Source of the DNA: Candidatus Limnocylindria bacterium
GTDB taxonomy: Bacteria > Chloroflexota > Limnocylindria > QHBO01
Assembly (NCBI GenBank): GCA_036258735.1
Contig: DATADC010000008.1
Coordinates: 1-63,373 of the forward strand
Reading direction: 5' to 3'
DNA: 63,373 bases
The position numbers were made by a program, and so were the translations under genes. The first letter of the stretch is position 1. Each line of letters begins with the position of its first letter. Positions 44,645 to 55,061 of this stretch are shown piece after piece. Below the pieces are notes generated by a model. That model was not told the DNA's origin. It made no database searches and saw nothing but the letters and a program-made list of their open reading frames with translations.

Positions 44645-46474
44645 CTACTCGACGGTGACCGATTTGGCCAGGTTCCGTGGCTGGTCCACGTCCGTGCCGC
44701 GCGCCACGGCCACCTCGTAGGCGAGCAGTTGCAGCGGCAGGATGGCGATCACCGGCGCCAGCTCCTCGAGGGTGCGCGGCACGTACACGACGTCGCCGGC
44801 ATAGCGGGCGATGTCCTCGTCGCCCTCAGTGGCGACGGCCACGACCGGCGCCTCCCGCGCACGGACCTCGGCGATGTTGCTGACCACCTTCTCGTACGTG
44901 GCCCCCTGCGTGGCGACCGCGACCAGCGGGGTGTCCGGGTCCAGCAGGGCGATCGGCCCGTGCTTGAGCTCGCCGGCGGCGTAGCCCTCGGCGTGCACGT
45001 ACGACAGCTCCTTGAGCTTGAGGGCGCCTTCCATGGCGATCGGGAAGCCGAGCGCGCGGCCGATGTACATGACGTCAGTCACGTCCGCCCAGCCCCTGGC
45101 CAGCTTCTTGATCTGCGGCGCGAGGCCCAGCGCCTCGGCGGCCAGCCGCGGCAGCTCGCGAAGGCCGACGCCGTAGGTTCGCAGCTGATGATCGGTCAAG
45201 CGGCCGTGGAGCCGGGCCAGGTACAGCGCGATCAGCTCCAGCACCACGACCTGGGTCACGAAGGCCTTCGTCGAGGCGACCGCGATCTCCGGCCCGGCCT
45301 GGAGGTAGCAGACGGCGTCCGCCTCGCGGGTGATGGCCGACCCGACCACGTTGGTCACGACCACGATCGTGGCGCCGCGCTCCACCGCCAGCTTCTGGGG
45401 CGCCAGGGTATCGGCCGTCTCGCCCGACTGGCTCACGCTGATCACCAGTGTCCGCTCGTCGATGGGCGGCGGGGAATAGCGCATCTCGGAGCCGATCTGG
45501 CCCGCCGCCGGCAGGCCGGCCCAGTGCTGGACCAAGTGCGCTCCCACGGCGGCCGCGTAGTACGCAGTGCCGCAGCCGACGACGTACACGCGCTCGGCGG
45601 CGAGCAGCTTGTCGTGGATGGCGTCGAGCTCGCGGAGCGTGATGTCACCGGTGGGCGCCACCCGGCCGCGTAGGGCCTCCTGGATGGCGTGCGGCTGCTC
45701 GTAGATCTCCTTGAGCGTGAAGTGCGGGAAGCCGCCCTTCTCGGCGGCCTCGATGCTCCAGCGGATGGTGGTGACGTCGCGCTCCACCTCGCTGCCGTCC
45801 AGCTGGTAGATGCGCACGCCGGTCGGCGTGACATCGGCCACGTCGCCCTCGCCCAGGATCACGACCCGCTTGGTGTGCTCCAGGATGGCCGGCACGTCGC
45901 TCGCCAGGAAGCTCTCGCCGTCGCCCAGGCCCACGATGAGCGGCACGTTCATGCGCGCGCCCACGATCCGATCGGGGTGGTCCAGGTGCATGACGCCCAC
46001 GGCGTACGCGCCGCGCACCTCGCGCAGGGCCGAGCGCACCGCGGCCACCAGGTCGCCGTCGTAGCGCTCCTCGATGAGGTGCACCAGCACTTCGGTATCG
46101 GTCTCGGACTTGAACCGATGGCCCGTGGCCTGGAGCCGCTCCTTGATCTCGAGGTAGTTCTCGATGATGCCGTTGTGGATCAGCGCCAGCCGGCCGCCGC
46201 AGTCGGTATGCGGGTGGGCGTTCGTGTCGTTCGGGCGGCCGTGGGTCGCCCATCGGGTATGCGCGATCCCGGGCTGGCCGGCGGGGGCGTCGCCGTTGAG
46301 ACGCTCGGTCAGGTTGGTGAGCTTGCCGGCGCGCTTCTCGACGAATACGTTGCCGTCACTCGTGCGCAGCGCGATGCCAGCCGAGTCGTAGCCACGGTAC
46401 TCGAGGCGGCGCAGTCCCTCCAGCAGGATGGGCGCAGCGTCACGCGGCCCTACGTAGCCGACGATGCCGCACAC
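44645..46474 (-). CDS. glmS: glutamine--fructose-6-phosphate aminotransferase
   Basis: N-terminal nucleophile MCGIVGYVG, two SIS domains, C-terminal LAKSVTVE. Confidence 0.95.
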   Translation of the reverse strand: MCGIVGYVGPRDAAPILLEGLRRLEYRGYDSAGIALRTSDGNVFVEKRAGKLTNLTERLNGDAPAGQPGIAHTRWATHGRPNDTNAHPHTDCGGRLALIHNGIIENYLEIKERLQATGHRFKSETDTEVLVHLIEERYDGDLVAAVRSALREVRGAYAVGVMHLDHPDRIVGARMNVPLIVGLGDGESFLASDVPAILEHTKRVVILGEGDVADVTPTGVRIYQLDGSEVERDVTTIRWSIEAAEKGGFPHFTLKEIYEQPHAIQEALRGRVAPTGDITLRELDAIHDKLLAAERVYVVGCGTAYYAAAVGAHLVQHWAGLPAAGQIGSEMRYSPPPIDERTLVISVSQSGETADTLAPQKLAVERGATIVVVTNVVGSAITREADAVCYLQAGPEIAVASTKAFVTQVVVLELIALYLARLHGRLTDHQLRTYGVGLRELPRLAAEALGLAPQIKKLARGWADVTDVMYIGRALGFPIAMEGALKLKELSYVHAEGYAAGELKHGPIALLDPDTPLVAVATQGATYEKVVSNIAEVRAREAPVVAVATEGDEDIARYAGDVVYVPRTLEELAPVIAILPLQLLAYEVAVARGTDVDQPRNLAKSVTVE

Positions 46475-46492
46475 GGCGTCCCTCCTTCCTCC

Positions 46493-47824
46493 TCAGTTCA
46501 GGCGCGCCCTGGCCAGCTGGTCGAGCTCCTGGGCGATTCCGCCGATCTCGTCGAGGTCCTCGCCCTCGACCATGATCCTGATCTTGGGCTCCGTGCCGGA
46601 CGGGCGGACCAGGATCCGCCCGCGCGAGCCGAGACGCTCCTCGGCCCTCGCCACCGCCGCCCCGAACTCCGGGTCGACCTGCCACGCGTCCTTGTGGCGG
46701 ACAGCAGAGTTTATCACCACCTGCGGCAGCCTCGGGATCCGGGCGGCGAGCTCAGACAGCGGCGGGCTCCCTGCCGCGCGGACCGCCTTGACCAGCTCGA
46801 TGGCCGTCAGCATCCCGTCACCCGTGGTCGAGCGATCGCGAAAGATGACGTGTCCCGACTGCTCCCCGCCGAGGACCGCGTCGACGCGCTCCATCGCCTC
46901 GAGCACGTGCCGGTCGCCGACCGGGGTGCGCAGCAGTAGGCCGCCGGCGGCCTCGATCGCGCGCTGCAGGCCGCCGTTGCTCATGACGGTCGCGACCAGC
47001 ACGCCGTTTCGCAGCGTGCCGGCGGCGAGGCGCTGCAGGGCGCAGATGCCCATCACCGCGTCGCCGTCCACCACGCCGCCGCGCTCGTCGACGGCAATAA
47101 GCCTGTCCGCATCGCCGTCGAACGCGAACCCGAGGTCCAGGCCTTCCTCCGCCACGGTTCGCGCGAGCGTCTGGGGATGGGTGGAGCCGCAGTCCAGGTT
47201 GATGTTGGCGCCATCGGGCCGGTCAAACAGGACGGTGGCCTCGGCGCCGAGCTCGCCGAAGAGCGCCGGCGCGATCGCCGACGCGGACCCGTTGGCGCAG
47301 TCCAGCCCGATGCGCAGGCCGCGCAGGTCCTCTCCGGCGACCTGCACCAGCCGGTGCCGATATCCCTCCACCGCCGAGGCGTCGGGCACGACGCGGCCCA
47401 GCTCCTCGTTCGGCGGCGCCGGCAGAGCATGGGGGCCGAGGATCAGCCGCTCCAGCTCCTGCTCCACCGTATCGTCGACCTTGCGCCCGCCCGAGACGAC
47501 CTTCAGCCCGTTGTCCGCGGCGGGATTGTGCGACGCCGAGACCATGATCCCCGCGGCGTGCTGGCCGCTGGCCGCGACGTGGATCAGGCAAGGGGTGGTG
47601 ACCGTGCCGAGCAGCACGGCATCGGTGCCCACGGCGGCGAGGCCCGCCGCAACGGCCGAGACCAGCATGTCGCCGGACCGACGCGTGTCCTGGCCGACGA
47701 CCACGCTGCGGCCGCGGCCATCGAGCAAGTGCCCCACCGCTCGGCCCAGGTCGAAGGCCAGGCTGGGGGTCAGGTCAGCGTTGGCGACGCCACGGATGCC
47801 GTCCGTCCCAAAGAGGCGTCCCAT
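46493..47824 (-). CDS. glmM: phosphoglucosamine mutase
   Basis: LFGTDGIRGVAN and active-site SASHNPAADNG. ATG 47824 shares 1 nt with the cdaR stop (TTG 47827 is the ORF-track start). Confidence 0.9.
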   Translation of the reverse strand: MGRLFGTDGIRGVANADLTPSLAFDLGRAVGHLLDGRGRSVVVGQDTRRSGDMLVSAVAAGLAAVGTDAVLLGTVTTPCLIHVAASGQHAAGIMVSASHNPAADNGLKVVSGGRKVDDTVEQELERLILGPHALPAPPNEELGRVVPDASAVEGYRHRLVQVAGEDLRGLRIGLDCANGSASAIAPALFGELGAEATVLFDRPDGANINLDCGSTHPQTLARTVAEEGLDLGFAFDGDADRLIAVDERGGVVDGDAVMGICALQRLAAGTLRNGVLVATVMSNGGLQRAIEAAGGLLLRTPVGDRHVLEAMERVDAVLGGEQSGHVIFRDRSTTGDGMLTAIELVKAVRAAGSPPLSELAARIPRLPQVVINSAVRHKDAWQVDPEFGAAVARAEERLGSRGRILVRPSGTEPKIRIMVEGEDLDEIGGIAQELDQLARARLN

Positions 47825-49053
47825 CAACCGGGGCTGGGCGACGGGGTGGCCGGCTCGCGGAGCGTGACCGGCACGTTCGCGGGCGAGACGGCGAGAAGCG
47901 TCACATCGTCCGGCAGTGCAAGCGTGGGGGCCACCTGGTGCTGGCCAACTTCCAGCCCGGAGACCTCGAGCACCGGCGTCACGTCGCCGGCATCCATCTC
48001 GGCGAGGAGGGCGGCTGGTCCCTCCACCACCACGGAGACCTGCTCCTGCTGCGGAAGGCAGGCGAAGCCCTCCGGCGCACCCTCACACACGATGCCGACC
48101 ACGAACGTCCGGGTGGCGACCGCCGCTGCGACCTCCACGGTCACGGTCAGCGACCGGTTGCCGGCGCCGACGCGCGTGCCATCGGGCAACGCCAGCTGGG
48201 CCTCGAGGGTTGCCGACTGGCTCAGCGCCGTGATGCTCAACGGCTGCGTCCGCACCTCGTCAATCGGCCCCAGGACGTCGGGCAGGCCGAAGATGGTCAC
48301 CACCGCCGGCTCCGCGCTCACGGACGTGATCTCGAAGCCCTCCGCCGGCGAGCCGTCCAGCTGGGGACGGATCGGGACCGTCTTCGAGGTCTCCACCGCC
48401 CGCACGTCGATCTCGACCAGCACGGTTGCCGGCTCCAGCTCCACCGAACTCACCTCGGCGCCGTCCACGTCCACCGGCACGAGGTCCACCTGGCGCTCCA
48501 CGTCGATGGCCGACTCGAAGATCTGGACGCGGGCCACGGCGCGTTCGACGCGACCGAGCTGGCTCTCGGGGCCGACCGCCACGACCGTTTGGTCCGACAG
48601 CCGCGGCGTGCCGATGGCGAGCCCGTCCGGCACGGCCCCGCGCTCGACCACGACCGGGACCTCCCGCTGCCCGAGGCGGTCCAGCTCCACGGCCACGGTG
48701 GTCGGCGAGTAGCTGATCACCTCAACGCCCGGTGTCAGGGCAGTGACCTCGACCTCCAGCGCCTGCGGCTCGGGGGCCAGGTCCATGTCGTAATCGCGCA
48801 GGTCCACCGTTGCCGCGAAGGACTCGACGGTGACCCGCGAGACGGCGTCCGCAGATAGCCGATAGTGGACGTCCACCGTCCCCAGCTGCTGCGTCAGCGG
48901 GTACGCCGCTGCGGGGAGGCCCACGGCCTCGACCGGGACGCCGGGGAAGGTCTCCTCGCTGAACGAGCCGGAATAGACGAACCCGGTGTACAGCACCGTC
49001 GCCAGCGCCAGCGCACCGAGCTTCAGGTGCCAATTGCGGACCAGCCAGCTCAC
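47824..49053 (-). CDS. cdaR: YbbR-domain protein (CdaR-type regulator of diadenylate cyclase)
   Basis: N-terminal TM WHLKLGALALATVLY followed by repeated YbbR-like beta modules. Sits between cdaA and glmM as in the conserved cdaA-cdaR-glmM operon. GTGA overlap with cdaA. Confidence 0.75.
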   Translation of the reverse strand: MSWLVRNWHLKLGALALATVLYTGFVYSGSFSEETFPGVPVEAVGLPAAAYPLTQQLGTVDVHYRLSADAVSRVTVESFAATVDLRDYDMDLAPEPQALEVEVTALTPGVEVISYSPTTVAVELDRLGQREVPVVVERGAVPDGLAIGTPRLSDQTVVAVGPESQLGRVERAVARVQIFESAIDVERQVDLVPVDVDGAEVSSVELEPATVLVEIDVRAVETSKTVPIRPQLDGSPAEGFEITSVSAEPAVVTIFGLPDVLGPIDEVRTQPLSITALSQSATLEAQLALPDGTRVGAGNRSLTVTVEVAAAVATRTFVVGIVCEGAPEGFACLPQQEQVSVVVEGPAALLAEMDAGDVTPVLEVSGLEVGQHQVAPTLALPDDVTLLAVSPANVPVTLREPATPSPSPG

Positions 49054-50018
49054 CGTGGCCGGCCCTCGCGGCCGACGGGTCCGAGCTCGGGGCGCGGGGC
49101 GCGGGGCGGCGGCGCGCCGTCGACCACGCGCTCGTCAGGGTCGATCGGCAGGCGCTGCGCGGGCTCGCGCCCCACTTGCCAGCGCCCCTCGATTGTGCGC
49201 GTCAGGAACGGCATGCGCTGGCGCGGCGCCTGGGGCCGGATCAGGTTGAAGATCCGCCGCCGCAGCTGTTCCTCGGTGAGGTTGCGCTCGATCCGCCCAC
49301 GGAGGACGAGGCTGATGGACCCGGTCTCCTCGCTGATGACGATCACGATCGCATCGGTCTGCTCGCTGATCCCGATCGCCGCGCGGTGACGCGTCCCGTA
49401 CCGCTCGCTGTCGAGCACGTTCTGCGATAGCGGGAGCAGCACGCCAGCCGCCAGGATGCGCTCGCCGGAGATGATCACCGCACCGTCGTGCAGGGCGGTG
49501 CCGTGGTAGAAGATGGTGGCCAGCAGCTCGGCCCGCAGGTCGGCGTGGACCTGGACGCCGGACTCGGCGGCGAGATCGTACAGGCCCGTCTCGCGCTCCA
49601 GCACGATCAGGGCACCGTGACGCGAGCCGGAGATCAGGCGCGCCGCGCGGCTGACCTCGCGCGCCACCCGCTCCGCGGCCGAGATGTCGCTCGAGACGAA
49701 GAAGCGGTTGAAGGACCCGAACCGCCCGATCTGCTCGAGCGCGCGACGCAATTCGGGCTGGAAGACCACCACGATCGCGAACAGCCCGACCACGGCGCCC
49801 GCCTGCAGCAGCGTGGAGAGCAGGCGCAGGTCGAAGGCTTCGGCGGCCAGATAGAACAGGTAGACGAAGGTCAGGCCGATGACGATGCGGACCGCCCGAG
49901 TGCCGCGCAGCAGGATGAAGATCCAGTACACGACGACCGCCACCAGGAGGATGTCGACCAGCGTCGTCCAGCTACCGCGAAGGTAGGTGTCAAGGAATTC
50001 GCGGATCGCGTCGAGCAC
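49050..50018 (-). CDS. cdaA: membrane-bound diadenylate cyclase (DisA_N/DAC domain)
   Basis: Three N-terminal TMs, then the DAC domain (HGALIVLERETGL...GTRHRAAIGISEQTDAIVIVISEETGSISL). About 60-aa Arg/Pro-rich C-terminal extension. Confidence 0.85.
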   Translation of the reverse strand: MLDAIREFLDTYLRGSWTTLVDILLVAVVVYWIFILLRGTRAVRIVIGLTFVYLFYLAAEAFDLRLLSTLLQAGAVVGLFAIVVVFQPELRRALEQIGRFGSFNRFFVSSDISAAERVAREVSRAARLISGSRHGALIVLERETGLYDLAAESGVQVHADLRAELLATIFYHGTALHDGAVIISGERILAAGVLLPLSQNVLDSERYGTRHRAAIGISEQTDAIVIVISEETGSISLVLRGRIERNLTEEQLRRRIFNLIRPQAPRQRMPFLTRTIEGRWQVGREPAQRLPIDPDERVVDGAPPPRAPRPELGPVGREGRPR

Positions 50019-50037
50019 CAGGTTTCGATCATAGCAA

Positions 50038-50063
50038 GGGCCCCGGCGATTCCGCCGGGGCCC
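50038..50063 (-). terminator. probable intrinsic terminator after rpsI
   Basis: Perfect 11-bp GC stem GGGCCCCGGCG / CGCCGGGGCCC with a 4-nt loop, 25 nt downstream of the rpsI stop. On the minus strand it is followed by TTGCTATGAT (weak U tract). Confidence 0.55.
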
Positions 50064-50087
50064 ATCGGTCCTGGGACTGAGTGCGCG

Positions 50088-50480
50088 TCAGCGCTTGGTG
50101 AACTGCGGCGCCTTGCGCGCGCGCTTGAGTCCGTACTTCTTGCGCTCCTTGGCCCGCGGGTCGCGGGTCAGCAGGCCGGCCTCGCGCAGCGCGGGACGGG
50201 CGGTGGGATGCGCGCTGAGAAGGGCACGCGCGATCCCGTGGCGGATGGCACCTGCCTGTCCGCTGAAGCCGCCACCGGCCACCAAGACCGACGCCGAGTA
50301 GCGGCCCTCCGTCTCGGTCACCCGGAACGGCAGGCGCACCTGGTTGAGGTTTGCGCCGGCGCCGAAGTACTCGGCCGCGTCCTTTCCGTTGACGATCATT
50401 TCGCCGTTCCCCGGCAGCAGGCGCACGCGCGCCACCGAGGTCTTGCGTCGCCCCGTGCCGTAGATGTAGCTCGTGCTCAT
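50088..50480 (-). CDS. rpsI: 30S ribosomal protein S9
   Basis: [20 protein letters not shown]...[19 protein letters not shown]...[25 protein letters not shown]. Confidence 0.95.
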   Translation of the reverse strand: MSTSYIYGTGRRKTSVARVRLLPGNGEMIVNGKDAAEYFGAGANLNQVRLPFRVTETEGRYSASVLVAGGGFSGQAGAIRHGIARALLSAHPTARPALREAGLLTRDPRAKERKKYGLKRARKAPQFTKR

Positions 50481-50495
50481 GCGCTCGCTCCCTGG

Positions 50496-50924
50496 TTACA
50501 GGTCGGCAGCCGCGGGCTGCTGCGCCTGGTGGGGGTGGTTCGGCCCGCCGTAAACCTTCAGCTTTCTGAACATGGCGCGGCCCAGGCGGTTCTGCGGAAG
50601 CATGCCCTTCACCGCGCGCTCGATGACCAGCTCCGGCTTGCGCGCCAGCAGCGCCTGGAGGCTCTCCTCCTTGAGGCCGCCGGGGTAGCCAGAGTGGCGG
50701 TAGTAGCGCTTCTGGACCAGCTTGTTGCCCGTGACCTTGACCCGCGCGGCGTTGATGACCACCACGTGGTCGCCGGTGTCGAGGTGCGGCGAGTAGGTGG
50801 GCTTGTGCTTGCCCTCAAGCAGGGTCGCGATGCGCGTGGCCAGCCGCCCGAGCGTCTGGTCGGCAGCGTCAACCACCCACCAGGCTCGCTCGATGTCGTC
50901 CGCCTTGACTGCGTAGGTCTTCAC
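50496..50924 (-). CDS. rplM: 50S ribosomal protein L13
   Basis: [61 protein letters not shown] 50924 overlaps the truA stop (GTGA). Confidence 0.9.
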   Translation of the reverse strand: MKTYAVKADDIERAWWVVDAADQTLGRLATRIATLLEGKHKPTYSPHLDTGDHVVVINAARVKVTGNKLVQKRYYRHSGYPGGLKEESLQALLARKPELVIERAVKGMLPQNRLGRAMFRKLKVYGGPNHPHQAQQPAAADL

Positions 50925-51718
50925 GTCTCCTGCTCTCTCGTGATGGTTTGCTTCGTTATCCGGTTGTAGACCACCCGCTCGAGGGTGAGGCCCCTCGCCG
51001 CAGCGGCGCGCCCGTCCAGGGCCCGCCCGCCGGCGTCGAGGATCCGCGGCACGTCCTCCGGCGCCAGCTTGCCGCGACCGACCTCCAGGAGGAGGGCCAC
51101 GATGCTGCGCACCATGCGCCGCAGGAACGCGTTCGCCGTCACGACCACCTCCACCGAGGTGCCCCGAGACAGCACCCGCACCCGCGACACTCGCCGCACG
51201 GTTCGGCCCTTCGCGTCGCTGCCGAGGGCAGCGAAGTCGCGCTCCCCGTGCAGCTTGTCGGCGGCGGCCCGCATGGCCGCCACGTCGAGGCCTTCCCCGA
51301 TCTCGAGCGTCCGATGCCGTTCGGCCGGACGGCGGCTCCCCGCCGTCCGGATCCGGTAGCGGTACACCCGCCAGGCCGCGTCCCGCCGCGGGTCGAAGCC
51401 GTGCGGTGCGGCCCGCAAGGAGCGGACCGCGAGGTCCGGCGGCAGCACGGCGTTGAGCCGCCGTCGGAGCTCCTCCCACCCGAAATCGGCGCCGCGCCCG
51501 CGACGCGGCAGGCAGAAGGCCGCGACCTGACCGGTGGCATGCACCCCGGCATCGGTTCGCCCGGCGAGGCGGACTCGGACCCGCTCGCCGGTCAGTCTGT
51601 TAAGCGCCCCCTCCAGCTCCCCCTGCACCGTCCGAGCGTTCGGCTGGTACTGGGAGCCGGCGAAGTCGGTCCCGTCGTACTCGATGACCGCCCGCGCGCA
51701 TCGCTGCGGCGGAGGCAT
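50921..51718 (-). CDS. truA: tRNA pseudouridine(38-40) synthase
   Basis: [26 protein letters not shown]...[23 protein letters not shown] 51718 lies downstream of the rplQ stop. Confidence 0.85.
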   Translation of the reverse strand: MPPPQRCARAVIEYDGTDFAGSQYQPNARTVQGELEGALNRLTGERVRVRLAGRTDAGVHATGQVAAFCLPRRGRGADFGWEELRRRLNAVLPPDLAVRSLRAAPHGFDPRRDAAWRVYRYRIRTAGSRRPAERHRTLEIGEGLDVAAMRAAADKLHGERDFAALGSDAKGRTVRRVSRVRVLSRGTSVEVVVTANAFLRRMVRSIVALLLEVGRGKLAPEDVPRILDAGGRALDGRAAAARGLTLERVVYNRITKQTITREQET

Positions 51719-51758
51719 CGGTCCGTCTGCGGTTGTATTGACGATCCAGCCCGCTCCC

Positions 51759-52112
51759 TCAGACGAGCTCGATCTGGACCATGGAAGCGGCATCCCCAAG
51801 CCGCTCCCCGAGCTTGGTGATGCGCGTGTAGCCTGAGCTGCGGTCTGCGTACTTCTCCGCCAGCTCGCCCATCAGCTTGTCGACGATGAGGGGCTCGTGG
51901 GGCATCTGCGCCGCCAGCGCCCGCCGCGCGGCGAGGTCACCGCGCTTCGCGGTGGCGATCATGCCGTCAACGATGCCCCGCACCTCCTTGGCTTTGGCCT
52001 CGGTGGTCTTGACGCGCTCGTAGCGGACCACCGCCACCGCAAGGTTGGACAGCATGCTCAGCCGATGGCTGCCCGTGCGGCCGAGCTTGCGGCCGGCGAC
52101 GCGGTGCGGCAT
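51759..52112 (-). CDS. rplQ: 50S ribosomal protein L17
   Basis: MPHRVAGRKLGRTGSHRLSMLSNLAVAVVRYERVKTTEAKAKE. Confidence 0.95.
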   Translation of the reverse strand: MPHRVAGRKLGRTGSHRLSMLSNLAVAVVRYERVKTTEAKAKEVRGIVDGMIATAKRGDLAARRALAAQMPHEPLIVDKLMGELAEKYADRSSGYTRITKLGERLGDAASMVQIELV

Positions 52113-53138
52113 CTAGCCCTCCCGGTCGAGCTCGGCGGCCACCGCCTCGTCCAGCTCCGCCGATGCCGGCAGGTCGGACTCGTCGGCGGTGGACGCGGCT
52201 GCCTCCTCGGGGCTAATGAAGCCGCGGAGCGCGAGCCGCTCCTTGAGCTCGTCGAGGCTCTTGCGGCCGAAGTTGCGCATGCGCAGGAACTCGTCGTCCG
52301 AGAGCGCCAGCACCTGGCCCACCTTGGTGATGTTGTTGCGCTTGAGGCTGTTGTAGGCGCGCATCGGCAGGTCGAGCTCCTCGATGGGCGCGTCGAGCAG
52401 GTTGGCGGAGATTGGAGCAGGCGCCTCCTCCTCACCGGCCACCGGACGCCTCCCGATCTCGGCGAAGCGGCCGAACTCGCGGACCAGGATCTCGGCCGCC
52501 TGGGAGAGCGCCGCCTTGGGCGTCGTCGTCCCATCGGTCTCGATCTCGAGCGTCAGGCGGTCGAAGTTCGTCATCTGGCCGACGCGCGTGTCGCTTACCA
52601 CGAAGTTGACGCGCTGGACCGGCGAGAAGATGGCGTCCACCGGGATGATGCCGATCGGCATGTCCTCGGTGTGCTCCGCCGGCCGGTACCCCACGCCGGT
52701 CTCCACGGTGAGGTCCATCTCGATGGATCCCGCATCGCTGTCGAGCGTCAGAAGGAGCAGGTCGGGATTGACGATCTCGACGTCCGCGGACTCGGTGATG
52801 TCGCCCGCCGTCACGGCTCCGGCCCCGTGCTTCACGAGCTTGAGCGTGACGGGATGCCGCGCGAATGAGCGCAGGCGCAGCTTCTTGATGTTCAGCACGA
52901 TCTGCGTGACGTCCTCCTTGACGTTCGGCAGGGTGCTGAACTCGTGGAAGACGTTGGCGATCTGGATCGAGGTCACCGCCGCCCCCTCCAGCGAGTTGAG
53001 CAGGACGCGACGCAGGGCGTTGCCCAGTGTCACGCCGTACCCATCGGCCAGCGGGTTCACCTCGAAGACCGAGCGGTTTCCGTCTGACTCGATCTCCTCG
53101 ATGCGCGGCGCGGGGGTGGTCGTCTCTAGTTCGATCAT
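52113..53138 (-). CDS. rpoA: DNA-directed RNA polymerase subunit alpha
   Basis: GVTLGNALRRVLLNSLEGAAVTSIQI and C-terminal domain PIEELDLPMRAYNSLKRNNITKVGQV. Confidence 0.95.
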   Translation of the reverse strand: MIELETTTPAPRIEEIESDGNRSVFEVNPLADGYGVTLGNALRRVLLNSLEGAAVTSIQIANVFHEFSTLPNVKEDVTQIVLNIKKLRLRSFARHPVTLKLVKHGAGAVTAGDITESADVEIVNPDLLLLTLDSDAGSIEMDLTVETGVGYRPAEHTEDMPIGIIPVDAIFSPVQRVNFVVSDTRVGQMTNFDRLTLEIETDGTTTPKAALSQAAEILVREFGRFAEIGRRPVAGEEEAPAPISANLLDAPIEELDLPMRAYNSLKRNNITKVGQVLALSDDEFLRMRNFGRKSLDELKERLALRGFISPEEAAASTADESDLPASAELDEAVAAELDREG

Positions 53139-53161
53139 GAAGGTGCTTTCGACTCCTGCTG

Positions 53162-53788
53162 CTATCGCGAGTAGAACTCCACGACCAGCTGTTCGTTGAA
53201 CTCCAGCGGCATCTGCTCACGCTCCGGCTCGGCCAGGATGGTGCCGGACAGCTTCGCCGGGTCGACACTGACCCACGAGGGGACCTGCGCCGACTTCATG
53301 AACTCGCCGATGGTCTTGAAGTGCTCCCGCCCGCGGCGGCTGTCACGCACGTCGATTCGGTCGCCGACCTTGGTCCCGAAGCTCGGGATGTTCGTCGGCC
53401 GGCCGTTGACGGTGAAATGCCCATGGCTGACCAGCTGGCGCGCCTCGGGACGCGAGCGAGCGAAGCCCATGCGGTACACGACGTTGTCCAGCCGCATCTC
53501 CAGCAGGCGCAGCAGGTTCTCGCCGGTCATGCCCTTGTGCTTCGAGGCCTTCTCGAAGTAGTTGCGGAACTGCCTCTCCATGATGGAGTAGCTCTTGCGG
53601 ACCTTCTGCTTCTCGCGCAGCTGGAGGCCGAACTCGCTGACCTTGCGGCGTCGCTGGATGTTCATCCCCGGCGGGGTGGCGCGGCGCTCGAAGGCGCACT
53701 TCTTGGTGTAGCAGCGCGTGCCCTTCAGGAAGAGCTTCAGCCCCTCGCGACGACAGATGCGGCAGACCGGATCGGTGTAGCGTGCCAT
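53162..53788 (-). CDS. rpsD: 30S ribosomal protein S4
   Basis: [36 protein letters not shown]...[15 protein letters not shown]. Confidence 0.95.
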   Translation of the reverse strand: MARYTDPVCRICRREGLKLFLKGTRCYTKKCAFERRATPPGMNIQRRRKVSEFGLQLREKQKVRKSYSIMERQFRNYFEKASKHKGMTGENLLRLLEMRLDNVVYRMGFARSRPEARQLVSHGHFTVNGRPTNIPSFGTKVGDRIDVRDSRRGREHFKTIGEFMKSAQVPSWVSVDPAKLSGTILAEPEREQMPLEFNEQLVVEFYSR

Positions 53789-53798
53789 CTCGTCGTGC

Positions 53799-54194
53799 CT
53801 ACACGCGGCGCCGCTTGGGCGGGCGGCAGCCGTTATGCGGAATGGGCGTCACGTCGGTGATGGCGCTCACCTCCAGGCCGGCGGCCTGGAGCGAGCGGAT
53901 GGCCTGCTCGCGCCCCGCGCCCGGACCCTTGACGAACACCTCGATCTGGCGCATGCCGTGCTCCATGGCGCGGCGTGCGGCGCCGTCCGCCGTCTGGGCA
54001 GCGGCGTAGGGGGTGCTCTTGCGCGATCCCTTGAACCCGACCAGCCCGGCACTTCCCCAGCTGATGACGTTCCCGCTCGTGTCGGTGATGGTCACGATGG
54101 TGTTGTTGAACGTCGACTGGACGTGGGCATGCCCCACCGGGACGTTCTTGCGTTCGCGCTTCTTGGCGCGGGAGGCTCGCTTTCGCTCGGCCAT
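53799..54194 (-). CDS. rpsK: 30S ribosomal protein S11
   Basis: [30 protein letters not shown]...[11 protein letters not shown]...[13 protein letters not shown]. Confidence 0.95.
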   Translation of the reverse strand: MAERKRASRAKKRERKNVPVGHAHVQSTFNNTIVTITDTSGNVISWGSAGLVGFKGSRKSTPYAAAQTADGAARRAMEHGMRQIEVFVKGPGAGREQAIRSLQAAGLEVSAITDVTPIPHNGCRPPKRRRV

Positions 54195-54209
54195 GGAACT
54201 CCTGTGTCG

Positions 54210-54584
54210 CTACTTCTTGCGCCGCACGCCCACGGTCCTGCGCGAGCCACGCCGCTGACGGGCGTTGGTCTTGGTGCGCTGGCCGCGGACGGGCAGGTTG
54301 CGCCGATGTCGCACGCCCCGGTAGGAGCCGATCTCCATCAGGCGCTTCACGTTCATGCTCACTTCGCGGCGGAGGTCGCCCTCGACCTTGTAGCCGCCGC
54401 CGTCGATCATCGCCCGCAGGCGGTTGACCTCGTCCTCGGTCAGGTCCCGGACACGCGTGTCCGGCGAGACCTTGGCGGACTCGATGATGCGCTGGGCCGA
54501 GGTTGGCCCGATGCCGTGGATGTAGGTCAGCGAAACGATCACGCGCTTCTCGCGCGGGATGTCGACGCCGGCGATACGTGCCAC
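54210..54584 (-). CDS. rpsM: 30S ribosomal protein S13
   Basis: [30 protein letters not shown]...[22 protein letters not shown]. Confidence 0.95.
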   Translation of the reverse strand: MARIAGVDIPREKRVIVSLTYIHGIGPTSAQRIIESAKVSPDTRVRDLTEDEVNRLRAMIDGGGYKVEGDLRREVSMNVKRLMEIGSYRGVRHRRNLPVRGQRTKTNARQRRGSRRTVGVRRKK

Positions 54585-54590
54585 TGGTGC

Positions 54591-54704
54591 CTAGCCCTGC
54601 CGCTGCTTGTGCTTGGGGATGACGCAGATGACCATCACCACGCCGGAGCGCTTGATGACCTTGCAGCGCTCGCAGCGCGGCTTCACGGACGCAGAAACCT
54701 TCAT
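54591..54704 (-). CDS. rpmJ: 50S ribosomal protein L36 (37 aa; below the ORF-track size cut-off)
   Basis: My own translation of the minus strand gives [37 protein letters not shown], then TAG at 54591-54593. The ATG overlaps the infA stop (ATGA). Confidence 0.9.
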   Translation of the reverse strand: MKVSASVKPRCERCKVIKRSGVVMVICVIPKHKQRQG

Positions 54705-54919
54705 CTCATCCTGTACGTGATTCGACCCCGGGTGAGGTCGTAAGGACTCAGCTCGACGCGGACGGTGTCGCCAGGCAGGATGCGGATGAAGTTCTGGCGA
54801 AGCTTCCCGGAGATGTGGGCGAGGACCTCGTGACCGTTCTCCAGGCGCACCTTGAACATCGCGTTCGGCAGGGGCAGGACGACCTCGCCCTCTACCTCGA
54901 TTGCATCCTTCTTCGGCAA
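54701..54919 (-). CDS. infA: translation initiation factor IF-1
   Basis: [71 protein letters not shown] start. Confidence 0.95.
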   Translation of the reverse strand: MPKKDAIEVEGEVVLPLPNAMFKVRLENGHEVLAHISGKLRQNFIRILPGDTVRVELSPYDLTRGRITYRMR

Positions 54920-55008
54920 GCGCTACGCACCCTCGTCTGCTGCATGGCTACTTGGTGGGGTTTGAACACACGGAAAGGCCGCCGCTCAGGGCGACCCACG
55001 GAATGGAG

Positions 55009-55037
55009 AGTATACCTCCGTACCGTGCCGGGCGCAA
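55009..55037 (-). promoter_or_regulatory. candidate sigma-70 promoter for infA-rpmJ-rpsM...
   Basis: Minus strand reads TTGCGC, 17 nt, TATACT (-35 = reverse complement of 55032-55037, -10 = reverse complement of 55009-55014) in the 142-nt map-infA spacer. It would give a leader of about 85 nt. Confidence 0.4.
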
Positions 55038-55061
55038 GGCACCCGACGGCTTATCGGAGGC

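Noticed and set aside
46475-46492. glmS ribozyme upstream of glmS.
   Set aside because: Only 18 nt separate the glmS start from the glmM stop, so there is no room for the roughly 170-nt ribozyme.
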